The notes below the pieces were generated by a model. It made no database searches. It saw only the letters and a program-made list of their open reading frames with translations, and was not told where the DNA came from. This document shows, in pieces, positions 34,430 to 42,805 of a DNA stretch of 64,000 nt; positions within the stretch are counted from its first letter, which is position 1; the number at the start of each line of letters is the position of its first letter. This DNA comes from Candidatus Staskawiczbacteria bacterium (lineage in GTDB: Bacteria; Patescibacteriota; Minisyncoccia; Minisyncoccales; Staskawiczbacteraceae): the NCBI GenBank assembly GCA_023245155.1, contig JAHFKV010000001.1, positions 139,034 through 203,033 on the forward strand, read 5' to 3'. The translations under genes and the position numbers were made by a program.

Positions 34430-35209
34430 ATGAAACCCAATAAACTCTTAGGCCAACATTTTTTAGTGGACAAGAAGGCACTAGCTAAGATTGTAGCCGC
34501 TGCTAACATCCAAAAGGACGAAACGGTTTTAGAAATTGGACCAGGCACGGGACTTCTCACCAAAGAATTGGCCGCCAGAGCCCAAAAAGTGATTACGATT
34601 GAAAAAGACCCATCCATGGTACATATTCTCAAAGAGACCTTAGGCAATTTTGAAAATGTAGAGATTATTCAGGGCGATGCGTTAAGTTATCAAGTTATAA
34701 AGTTATCAAGTTATAAAGTTGTTGCAAATATTCCCTACTATATTACCGCACCCATTATTAGGAAGTTTTTGGAAGAAAAAGATAAGCCTGCTGAAATGGT
34801 GCTCATGGTGCAAAAAGAGGTGGCCCAGCGCATTTGTGCCAAGCCTCCCGATATGAGCATCTTGGCCGTTTCGGTACAATTTTACGCAACTTGCAAAATT
34901 ATTTCGCGCGTATCAAAAGGATGTTTTTGGCCGGTTCCCAAGGTTGATTCTGCTATTATAAAAATTGTGCCGCAGATAACTGTGGATAACCAGGGGATTA
35001 ACCGGGACGCATTTTTCAGGGTGGTAAAGGCTGGTTTTCTACACCCCCGCAAAAAAATAATCGGCAATTTGCGCGAGGGGCTTAAAATACATAAAGAACA
35101 AATCACGTCCTGGCTTATTGATAACAAAATTGATCCGGGCAGGCGGGCAGAGACATTAACTCTTCAAGAATGGGCCTCCTTGACAAGAGGACTTGATATG
35201 ATAACATAG
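34430..35209 (+). CDS. rsmA: 16S rRNA (adenine1518/1519-N6)-dimethyltransferase
   Basis: LGQHFLVD, VLEIGPGTGLLT and NIPYYITAP motifs. Confidence 0.9.
   Translation: MKPNKLLGQHFLVDKKALAKIVAAANIQKDETVLEIGPGTGLLTKELAARAQKVITIEKDPSMVHILKETLGNFENVEIIQGDALSYQVIKLSSYKVVANIPYYITAPIIRKFLEEKDKPAEMVLMVQKEVAQRICAKPPDMSILAVSVQFYATCKIISRVSKGCFWPVPKVDSAIIKIVPQITVDNQGINRDAFFRVVKAGFLHPRKKIIGNLREGLKIHKEQITSWLIDNKIDPGRRAETLTLQEWASLTRGLDMIT
34684..34720 (+). repeat. in-frame tandem repeat (2.3 x 16 nt aagttatcaagttata) inside rsmA, related to the 59961/60357 inverted repeats
   Basis: aagttatcaagttata|aagttatcaagttata|aagtt encodes LSYQVIKLSSYKVV. It shares perfect 15- and 17-nt blocks with the left repeat at 59961-59995. 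Confidence 0.8.
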
Positions 35210-35307
35210 AGTTAGTATGTTATGAGTGCTATTTTTGCATTCTTAACTCCAAGGGTGTGTCCTTGGATTTGTCATAACCAAACATCTGCACCCAACCAGA
35301 GGTACCC

Positions 35308-35613
35308 ATGAAGACCGAAGCTCCGAAAACTGAAGACCGACGACGGCCACAGCGAAGTCGTCGGGAAAAGGCGAGCACCGCCGAACCGAAAAAACGGAAT
35401 TTGTTGCCCGTCGCGATTATGGCGGGCCTTAGTGGACTGGCGGCCACCGTCCTCGTGGTCACCATCGTCGCCATCGGAGGACTTCTCTTCCTCCGGGCTA
35501 GCGCTAACGCGGACGCCCGGGCGATTGAAACCCGAGAAACCCAGAAGACCAAGGAGGCCCACGACAACTACGACGCTCTCATGAAGGGGGCAAAAATGAA
35601 GGGGAGTAATTAA
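35308..35613 (+). CDS. small single-TM protein encoded on GC-rich island C
   Basis: 101 aa with an Arg-rich N-terminus (DRRRPQRSRRE) and one TM helix (LLPVAIMAGLSGLAATVLVVTIVAIGGLLFL). 36/60 GC in line 35341. Confidence 0.5.
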   Translation: MKTEAPKTEDRRRPQRSRREKASTAEPKKRNLLPVAIMAGLSGLAATVLVVTIVAIGGLLFLRASANADARAIETRETQKTKEAHDNYDALMKGAKMKGSN

Positions 35614-35634
35614 TTTTACTCGACCAATCAACAA

Positions 35635-35665
35635 AGCTCACGAGACACGCCCCGTGAGCTTTTTC
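35635..35665 (+). terminator. terminator of island C gene
   Basis: agctcacg/cgtgagct stem followed by TTTTT. Confidence 0.75.
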
Positions 35666-35757
35666 CATGTTCAAAAAAGAGGCTTTCAGGCTGTGGATTA
35701 TTTGTTGATTATTGATTTTTGAATTTATGATATGATAAAGGAATTTATCTGAAAAGA

Positions 35758-38721
35758 ATGCACAACTTTTTAAGGAATATGCCAAAGAAAAAGATATTGC
35801 TCGCTACACTTTTACTGTTAAGCATGGTTGGTGTTTTTTTACCGAGCCCCAAGCCAGCTTCCGCAGAATTTTGTGGTGGTTTAGTGGGAGCAGCTCTTGG
35901 CAACCCCTGCTCGGAGGGTTATTTTTGTTCCGGACCGGTGGCGGGGGTTTGCCTGCCTAACCCATTGAGTTCTGCTACCTCTGCCATTAGCGAAGCAGCC
36001 ATTGATGCCGCGCTTGCCATATTAAAATACTTGGCGTTCATACCGCTTTTTATCACGGGGATCTTAGATTTTATAGCAGGAACTGCATTATTGTGGGTTA
36101 TCAGGATATCTGACGTAGTATCGTTTACCCACAACTCGGCTGTGAATATAGGTTGGCCCATTGCAAGGGATTTTGCCAACATCCTTATTGTCCTGGGATT
36201 CATCGCCATAGCCGTAGCCACTATTTTGCGTTTTAAAGAATATGAAGCCAAAAGCCTTCTGGTTAAATTAATCGTCGCCGCGCTTTTGGTTAACTTCTCC
36301 CTCTTAATATGCGGCGTTATTATTGATGGGTCAAATATTATCATTAGAAACTTTTTGAGCATAGGAAGTGATAGCAGTATTGGCGGGCTTTTTGATTTTA
36401 GATTTTTTAATGCCGCAGTTGCATTGGTGAACAGTCCTGTAGACGCGGCACACGCCGTAGAATTTATGGCGAAGGTGATGGGTAACGTGTTTTACAATAT
36501 CATGTCTGCCATTGTGCTGGCCCTCTTTGCTTTCTTGTTTTTATTCAGGATTGTTGCGCTTTGGATGCTCGTTATTATGTCGCCGATTGCATTTATCTGT
36601 TACGTTTTTCCGGCCACCAAAGGGGTTTGGAATATGTGGTGGAGCAATTTCGTCCAGTGGTGCATCATAGGCATCCCCGGAGCTTTCTTCCTGTATATCG
36701 GAAGAGCGCTCATGGCAAGCATGAGCACAAACCCGCCAGTAACGCCGGTGCTTAATGAAATTTCCGCCGGGGCGGGGGTAAACCAAATTTTCAACGCCTT
36801 GAGCCCCTTTTTCACCATGCTCATCCCCGGACTATTTCTCATTATGGGCTTCCTATTTTCCCTGCAGGTTTCTGCCATGGGATCGGCGGTGGCAATCGGA
36901 TGGGCAAGAAAAGCTGGTGGCTACGCGAAGGCCGGGGCGGGGCGAACCGCAAAGTGGGCTGGCAACCGATCTGGCATAACCCAAGCGTGGGAACGAGCTA
37001 AAGTTTCAGGCGTGGGAGCATTAGAAGGCGCGGGAATCCTAACGGCTGGCAGTAAGGCAACCGCCGATAAAAAGAGGAAAGAAGAAGCTATTAAGCCGCA
37101 TGAAGACAGAATTGATAACATAAAAGACAATGCGGAAGTTGCAAGAATTGCAACCAGCGGCGCCACACCAGAAGAAAGGGCGGCGGCAGTAAAAGTATTG
37201 AATAAAAGAGGAGCGATAGATGCCATTGAAGATAAAAAACAGCGCGAAACAGCAGTGCAGGCCGCAACGGCGTATGTTTCCGCCGGCGAGCTTGCTAAAA
37301 CAGATCCCGAACAGGCTAGAAAAGATGAGAATAAGGTTGCCGATATTAAAAGGAGGCTTAAATTGGCCCACCCTGATTGGAACGAAGCAAAGCTCCAAAC
37401 AAAAGCTGAAGACCAGGCAGTTAGAGAGGCGTACGCAAGAATGGATACCAGCGACCTTGATAAGTTGCAAGAAGTTGACGCAATTGCAAAGTTTGGCAAC
37501 AAGTCTACCAGCGAAGCCGAGAGGTCTAAGATATTAGAAAGAGCCGTTAAAGAAGGCTGGGCTCATAGGCTTGAACAAGAGTACTCTAAGGAAGAAATTG
37601 TTGAGGCAGTTAATACTGCAGAAACCGATTATGGCTCCAATGTAAGGAAGGGTTATGAAAATTCAAATCCAGCAGCAGCCGCGGATAATAAGAAAACCGT
37701 GGCAGACATCCAAAAAGAGGGTGGTAAATTTGCCGACGAAAAAGAGGCTAAGAAAGAAGCGGTGAGAAGAAAAGTGAAGGGACTAACTCCGAGCAAGGCC
37801 GCCGATTTGTCTGAAAAAGTATTTGATGACGAGGAGTATGGACAAGTTATTTTTGATTCGCTTTCCAAAGGCCAAAAAGACAAAATAGAAAAAGACGGCA
37901 GCGCTCAACTGCAACAAAAAATTGATGAAATGAAAGAGCGGACGGGAAACGTTTTGGTTAAGAATGTCATGGCCGATGTTGATGCCATACCAGAAAATCT
38001 GACAAAAGCAGCCAACTCAGAAGAAATTAGTGATGCGGTTAAAAACGCGTCTCCGGAAATCCAAGAAAAACTTAAAGAAAAATTTATTCCAACGGCGGTT
38101 GACCCAGAAACCATCAAAGAAACAACCGTTACCAAAGAAGAAGCAGGAGCGCAAAAGGCAAAAAATATCAGCGTTCTGATACAAGAGAAATTCATGAGAA
38201 GCCAATATGATGATTATGATGCCGCGCTAGAAGCAAAGAACAAAAAAGACGAAGAAGATGGCTATCAGAAGTTGCCAAATCCTTCTGAGGGAGAAACGAG
38301 GCCAACCACGCCACAAGAGCAGGAAAAATTAAGGATTGAGAAACAAGACCCGAAGCTGCGCGATATGTTAAAAAAGTTGGCCGACCCAAAAACAGACGAA
38401 CAAGACAAGGAAAAAATACAGACTTTCCTAAACGAAGTTAACAACCTGCCTCACGCAAGCACGGAAAAAGAATTAGCAGCTAAAAAACAAGTTTTGACGG
38501 CCGCATCTTCGCGCCACGAACAGTTAGTGAAAGAAACAGAGAGGCTTCAGAAAAAAACATCCAAACCGCCAAAACCGGGTGAACCTGGAGCAGTCCGCGA
38601 AAAAGAATTGGCCGATTTGGAAGCCCGGGAAAAAGAAGTTTCAGAAAAACGCGAGCAGATGGTGAAATTAGAAAATGAAATAAAAGCGCTACAAGAAAAG
38701 TTACCAAAGCCCGAAAAGTAA
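35758..38721 (+). CDS. TrbL/VirB6-like polytopic membrane protein with ~590-aa charged C-terminal tail
   Basis: Signal/TM segment plus at least six hydrophobic helices in residues ~60-390. The remainder is a K/E/A-rich low-complexity or coiled-coil region. Located at the head of a VirB4-containing cluster. Confidence 0.55.
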   Translation: MHNFLRNMPKKKILLATLLLLSMVGVFLPSPKPASAEFCGGLVGAALGNPCSEGYFCSGPVAGVCLPNPLSSATSAISEAAIDAALAILKYLAFIPLFITGILDFIAGTALLWVIRISDVVSFTHNSAVNIGWPIARDFANILIVLGFIAIAVATILRFKEYEAKSLLVKLIVAALLVNFSLLICGVIIDGSNIIIRNFLSIGSDSSIGGLFDFRFFNAAVALVNSPVDAAHAVEFMAKVMGNVFYNIMSAIVLALFAFLFLFRIVALWMLVIMSPIAFICYVFPATKGVWNMWWSNFVQWCIIGIPGAFFLYIGRALMASMSTNPPVTPVLNEISAGAGVNQIFNALSPFFTMLIPGLFLIMGFLFSLQVSAMGSAVAIGWARKAGGYAKAGAGRTAKWAGNRSGITQAWERAKVSGVGALEGAGILTAGSKATADKKRKEEAIKPHEDRIDNIKDNAEVARIATSGATPEERAAAVKVLNKRGAIDAIEDKKQRETAVQAATAYVSAGELAKTDPEQARKDENKVADIKRRLKLAHPDWNEAKLQTKAEDQAVREAYARMDTSDLDKLQEVDAIAKFGNKSTSEAERSKILERAVKEGWAHRLEQEYSKEEIVEAVNTAETDYGSNVRKGYENSNPAAAADNKKTVADIQKEGGKFADEKEAKKEAVRRKVKGLTPSKAADLSEKVFDDEEYGQVIFDSLSKGQKDKIEKDGSAQLQQKIDEMKERTGNVLVKNVMADVDAIPENLTKAANSEEISDAVKNASPEIQEKLKEKFIPTAVDPETIKETTVTKEEAGAQKAKNISVLIQEKFMRSQYDDYDAALEAKNKKDEEDGYQKLPNPSEGETRPTTPQEQEKLRIEKQDPKLRDMLKKLADPKTDEQDKEKIQTFLNEVNNLPHASTEKELAAKKQVLTAASSRHEQLVKETERLQKKTSKPPKPGEPGAVREKELADLEAREKEVSEKREQMVKLENEIKALQEKLPKPEK

Positions 38722-39296
38722 TGCCTAAAAGCCATACCCTACATTTTACTGCAGATGTTCAAGAGGCTATTGCAAGCTTAATTTTGCAGTATCATGTGCA
38801 GGTTAATTGGGATGAAAGTGTCTTTGAACTTATCAAAAAACGCAACCCCAAGATTGTAATCTTTGAATTGGCTAAAAAGATTGTAAATAAAGAGGGTAAT
38901 TTCAAAGATATTCCCCATGCATTAAAAAAGGAACTGGGAATGAACCAAAAAGACGCAGAAAGCTTAGCCGACGATATAAAAAATAAGATTGCCGTTTTAG
39001 CTGAAATGGAAGAACTCCAAGAGCAGGTTGCAACAGAAAAAACAGATGCGGAGCAAGAAAAGAAAGAAGCTTTTGCTAAAGCGAAAGAGGAGCTGATGAA
39101 AAAAATTATGGTAAAGAGCGCCCCCGAACCCATCCCTGCTCCAAAACCCCAAAATATTGGTGTGGTAAAGCCCACCATCACTAATGTTGAAGAAAATGCC
39201 AAATCCGTTCAACACACCCAGGAAAGAGAGGTGCAAACTCCCGCGCCAGAGCCAAAACCAAAACAATCTGACACATACCGAGAATCCATAGAATAA
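38721..39296 (+). CDS. hypothetical protein (T4SS-like cluster)
   Basis: 191 aa. Start overlaps the upstream stop (ATGA-type coupling). No family recognised. Confidence 0.45.
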   Translation: MPKSHTLHFTADVQEAIASLILQYHVQVNWDESVFELIKKRNPKIVIFELAKKIVNKEGNFKDIPHALKKELGMNQKDAESLADDIKNKIAVLAEMEELQEQVATEKTDAEQEKKEAFAKAKEELMKKIMVKSAPEPIPAPKPQNIGVVKPTITNVEENAKSVQHTQEREVQTPAPEPKPKQSDTYRESIE

Positions 39297-39297
39297 C

Positions 39298-39711
39298 ATG
39301 GCCCAGTATCCCATTCCACAATTTATTGAACAAGAGGGGAAAATCATTTTCTTCCTCACCTTTAGACAGTTTTTTATGCTCGTGGGCGGAGGAGCTTTGT
39401 GTGCGCTGTATTTTGTTCTATTGCCGTTTTATTTCTTTGTCATGGGATCAATGATAACCCTGGCAATAACCGCTATCATTGCCTTTATTAAGATTGACGG
39501 CTTCCCCGTAATTACCACGATATTAAATTTTGCAGGCTTCAGCGTTGCTTCAAAAAGCTACATGTGGCAAAAAAAAGAGGCGAGTTATCCTTTTAAAATA
39601 CAAAAAAAACCGGAGTTGGGCGAACTGCAGAACACGCCAACAACCGCCCCCGTTAAAATGCAAACCAGCAAACTAAACGACATTAAAAAGCTAATAGAAA
39701 CCAAAAAATAA
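39298..39711 (+). CDS. PrgI-family / VirB3-like small membrane protein
   Basis: YPIPQFIEQEGKIIFFLTFRQFFMLVGG followed by two TM helices. Positioned directly upstream of the VirB4-like ATPase. Confidence 0.55.
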   Translation: MAQYPIPQFIEQEGKIIFFLTFRQFFMLVGGGALCALYFVLLPFYFFVMGSMITLAITAIIAFIKIDGFPVITTILNFAGFSVASKSYMWQKKEASYPFKIQKKPELGELQNTPTTAPVKMQTSKLNDIKKLIETKK

Positions 39712-40376
39712 TGGCTAATCCCGCAACCCAAGAATTTTTAGAAATAAAGGATATCCGCGAGGGGGTTTTAGTTTTGAAAAATCAGGGATTGCGCGGGGTT
39801 TTAATGGTTTCTTCGCTGAATTTCGCCTTAAAATCTTCCGATGAGCAGTCTTCGATTATTTATGCGTACCAAAGTTTTTTAAACTCACTGGATTTTTCCT
39901 GCCAGATTATCATCCAGTCCCGGAACATCAACATCACCCCATATTTAGACTCCATTAAAAGCTTGGAAGAGCATCAAGCAAACGAATTACTAAAAACCCA
40001 AACTGCTTCATATCGGGACTTTATTAAGGAACTAGTTCAAGGAGACAATATTATGACCAAGAACTTTTACGTAGTGGTGCCTTATACCGTCATGGAAGCC
40101 TTGGGAACGGGCAGCGCGCTAAAACAGTCGGGGTTATTTGATTTTTTTAAAAAAGATAAAAGCGCAACGCAGCAGTTAAACGATGAAGATTTTGAAAAAT
40201 GCAAAAACCAGCTTTGGCAACGCATGGAATTTTTAGCCATGGGGCTCAAGCGCTGCGGCTTGGACGTAATGCCCTTAACCACTCCAGAATTAATTGAATT
40301 ATTTTGGGCCATCCACCACCCCGACCAGGCAGAGATAGGATACTACCCGGAAATATTACCGGAATTATTAAAATAA
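39711..40376 (+). CDS. hypothetical T4SS-associated protein
   Basis: 221 aa. FLEIKDIREGVLVLKNQGLRGVLMVSSLNFALKSSDEQ resembles the N-terminal logic of VirB4/TraC-type proteins. Separate reading frame from the ATPase. Confidence 0.4.
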   Translation: MANPATQEFLEIKDIREGVLVLKNQGLRGVLMVSSLNFALKSSDEQSSIIYAYQSFLNSLDFSCQIIIQSRNINITPYLDSIKSLEEHQANELLKTQTASYRDFIKELVQGDNIMTKNFYVVVPYTVMEALGTGSALKQSGLFDFFKKDKSATQQLNDEDFEKCKNQLWQRMEFLAMGLKRCGLDVMPLTTPELIELFWAIHHPDQAEIGYYPEILPELLK

Positions 40377-40381
40377 TATAC

Positions 40382-42187
40382 ATGCCACTTTTTGGAAAGA
40401 AAAAAGACAAAGAACTAGACGATAAACTGTTCCAGGAAGAGACAATTAATATCAAGGATATTATTGCTCCTCCCTACATTGGCGTTTCCCAAGACCATAT
40501 AAAACTGGGTGAAAAAATCGCCAAATCGTTTTTCATCTTTTCTTATCCTCGGTATTTAAACACTGGCTGGCTTTCCCCGGTTATTAACCTGAACGTCCCC
40601 ATGGATATTTCTTTTTTCATCCACCCCATTAACAGCAACCTGATTTTGAAAAAATTGCGCAATAAAATAACCCAAGTTTCTTCAGAATTAATGGAGCGGC
40701 AGGAAAAAGGCCTAATCCGCGACCCCGCTCTTGAAACGGGCTACCAAGACATTGAAAACTTGCGCGATAAAATCATTACCGCTCAGGAAAAAATGTTCCG
40801 GTTCGGGCTCTATATTACTGTGTACGAAAATGATGCCCAAAAAATGAAAGAAACCGAAAGCACTTTCCGGTCTATTTTTGAGTCACGTTTGATTTACATT
40901 AAGCCGGCCACCTTTAAACAAAAAGAGGGTTTTATTTCTTCTATTCCTTATGGCCTAGACCTGATTAATGTGAACGTGCCCATGGACACTGAACCTCTTT
41001 CTACCGCCTTTCCGTTTGTTTCGTTTGACCTCAGCAGCAACGAAGGTATTTTATATGGCATCAACCGTCATAATAATTCTTTAGTGCTTTTCGACCGGTT
41101 CACCTTAGAAAATGCCAATATGGTGGTATTCGCCAAGTCTGGCTCAGGAAAGTCTTATGCTATTAAGCTGGAAATCCTGCGGTATCTTATGTGGGGAGTG
41201 GATGTAATTGTGATTGACCCGGAAAATGAGTATGAATTTTTGGCCGATGGTGTTGGAGGAAGCTTCTTTAATATATCATTGGCATCTGACAGCCATGTAA
41301 ATCCCTTTGACCTGCCCATGCCCGGTCCCGACGACAATCCGGAAGATATTTTACGTTCAAACATCATTAACTTGGTAGGTTTGATGCGAATTATGCTGGG
41401 GGGATTAACTGCCGAAGAAGACAGTATTTTAGACCAAGCCATTACCGAAACCTATGCTGTGCGCGATATCACCCCCCAATCAGATCCAGCTAAATGGCAA
41501 GAAAATATTCCTTTAATGTCTGATTTCGCTGAAATTTTAGAAAATATGACCGGAGCCGAATCCTTGGCCCGGCGCTTGAAAAAATTCACCGAGGGAACTT
41601 TTGCTGGGTTTTTCAACCGAAAGTCAAATATCACCGTTGATAAAAACTTCATTGTTTTTGGCATCCGCGATATGGAAGAATCCCTTAAAACTATTGCCCT
41701 GTATATTATCATGCGCTATGTTTGGAATATTGTGCGCACCCATATTAAAAAACGGATTTTAGTGGTGGACGAAGCCTGGTGGCTAGTGCAATCAGAAGAC
41801 GGCGCCTCTTTCTTGTTCGGCCTGGTAAAACGCGGCCGCAAATATTGGCTGGGAACCACCACCATCACCCAAGACGTGGAAGATTTTATGAAATCCCCCT
41901 ATGGCAAGGCTATCATTACTAACTCGTCGCTCCAAATGTTAATGAAGCAATCTCCTGCTGCCATTGAAATGCTGCAAAAAACCTTTGACCTGACCGAACA
42001 AGAGAAGACGCTGTTATTAGAGTCATCGGTGGGAGAGGGATTGTTTTTTGCCGGTAAAAAACATGTCTTTATGTCGGTTAAAGCCAGTTATACTGAAGAC
42101 CAGATTATCACCACCAACCCAGGAGAGGTGGAAAAGATAAAAGAAGCGCGGAGAAAATTACGTGCAAACCCGAATGAGCAATTATGA
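40382..42187 (+). CDS. VirB4/TraC(PrgJ)-like T4SS ATPase
   Basis: Walker A FAKSGSGKSYAIK, Walker B ILVVDEAWW, and downstream TTTITQDVEDF. Start moved to MPLFGKKK at 40382. Confidence 0.8.
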   Translation: MPLFGKKKDKELDDKLFQEETINIKDIIAPPYIGVSQDHIKLGEKIAKSFFIFSYPRYLNTGWLSPVINLNVPMDISFFIHPINSNLILKKLRNKITQVSSELMERQEKGLIRDPALETGYQDIENLRDKIITAQEKMFRFGLYITVYENDAQKMKETESTFRSIFESRLIYIKPATFKQKEGFISSIPYGLDLINVNVPMDTEPLSTAFPFVSFDLSSNEGILYGINRHNNSLVLFDRFTLENANMVVFAKSGSGKSYAIKLEILRYLMWGVDVIVIDPENEYEFLADGVGGSFFNISLASDSHVNPFDLPMPGPDDNPEDILRSNIINLVGLMRIMLGGLTAEEDSILDQAITETYAVRDITPQSDPAKWQENIPLMSDFAEILENMTGAESLARRLKKFTEGTFAGFFNRKSNITVDKNFIVFGIRDMEESLKTIALYIIMRYVWNIVRTHIKKRILVVDEAWWLVQSEDGASFLFGLVKRGRKYWLGTTTITQDVEDFMKSPYGKAIITNSSLQMLMKQSPAAIEMLQKTFDLTEQEKTLLLESSVGEGLFFAGKKHVFMSVKASYTEDQIITTNPGEVEKIKEARRKLRANPNEQL

Positions 42188-42771
42188 AAAACATCAACTT
42201 CGCATCGCCTGAAACCATTTTGATACTACCCATTGCTATAGTCTTGGATGGGTGCATGTTGCTGATTGGTATTGTGGGAGATTGGTGGGGGTTTAGCGAT
42301 TATGGAACCATTGGATTTTTGGGCTGGATTATTATTGGGATTTGGGCATATTTCAGAAGAGGAGGTATTAGAGAAAAACTAAAACAGGAAGAGAGAAAAG
42401 AGGGGGAGTTGCAAGAAGCCGCGGCAGCACAAGAATTCGCCGGTTCAGGAAATATGGAAGACTGGAAAGAAAACGAGGAAGGCGTTTATCAGTTAAATAA
42501 AAAAGGAAGTGGACAGGTGGAGTCAAGGGGTCCTAAAGAACCAGGCGAAATTACAAAATTTGCTCAAAGAAAAAACCGCCAGAATAAAGCTATGACGGAT
42601 AATCCAAAAAATAAACAGAGTATTACTAATGTAAAAACTAAGGCTAAACAAAAACTTTTAAAAGTTGCTGAAAAATATGGTTTCGGATTTATAGTAAAAG
42701 GAGTGCCAATCGTTGGGGACTTTTGGCCGGGGTTCACGATTTTTGTTTGGAGGGAGCTTGGGGGAGCTTAA
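42184..42771 (+). CDS. hypothetical membrane protein (T4SS-like cluster)
   Basis: Two N-terminal TM helices, a charged middle region and a C-terminal hydrophobic segment. Start overlaps the upstream stop. Confidence 0.45.
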   Translation: MKNINFASPETILILPIAIVLDGCMLLIGIVGDWWGFSDYGTIGFLGWIIIGIWAYFRRGGIREKLKQEERKEGELQEAAAAQEFAGSGNMEDWKENEEGVYQLNKKGSGQVESRGPKEPGEITKFAQRKNRQNKAMTDNPKNKQSITNVKTKAKQKLLKVAEKYGFGFIVKGVPIVGDFWPGFTIFVWRELGGA

Positions 42772-42805
42772 AAAATAATATTGAAAATGCTAGAATAAAC
42801 ATAAG

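Noticed and set aside
40304-40381. 26-codon extension of the VirB4-like ORF (MGHPPPRPGRDRIL...)
   Set aside because: It overlaps the preceding ORF in another frame. MPLFGKKK at 40382 lies just after that ORF's stop.
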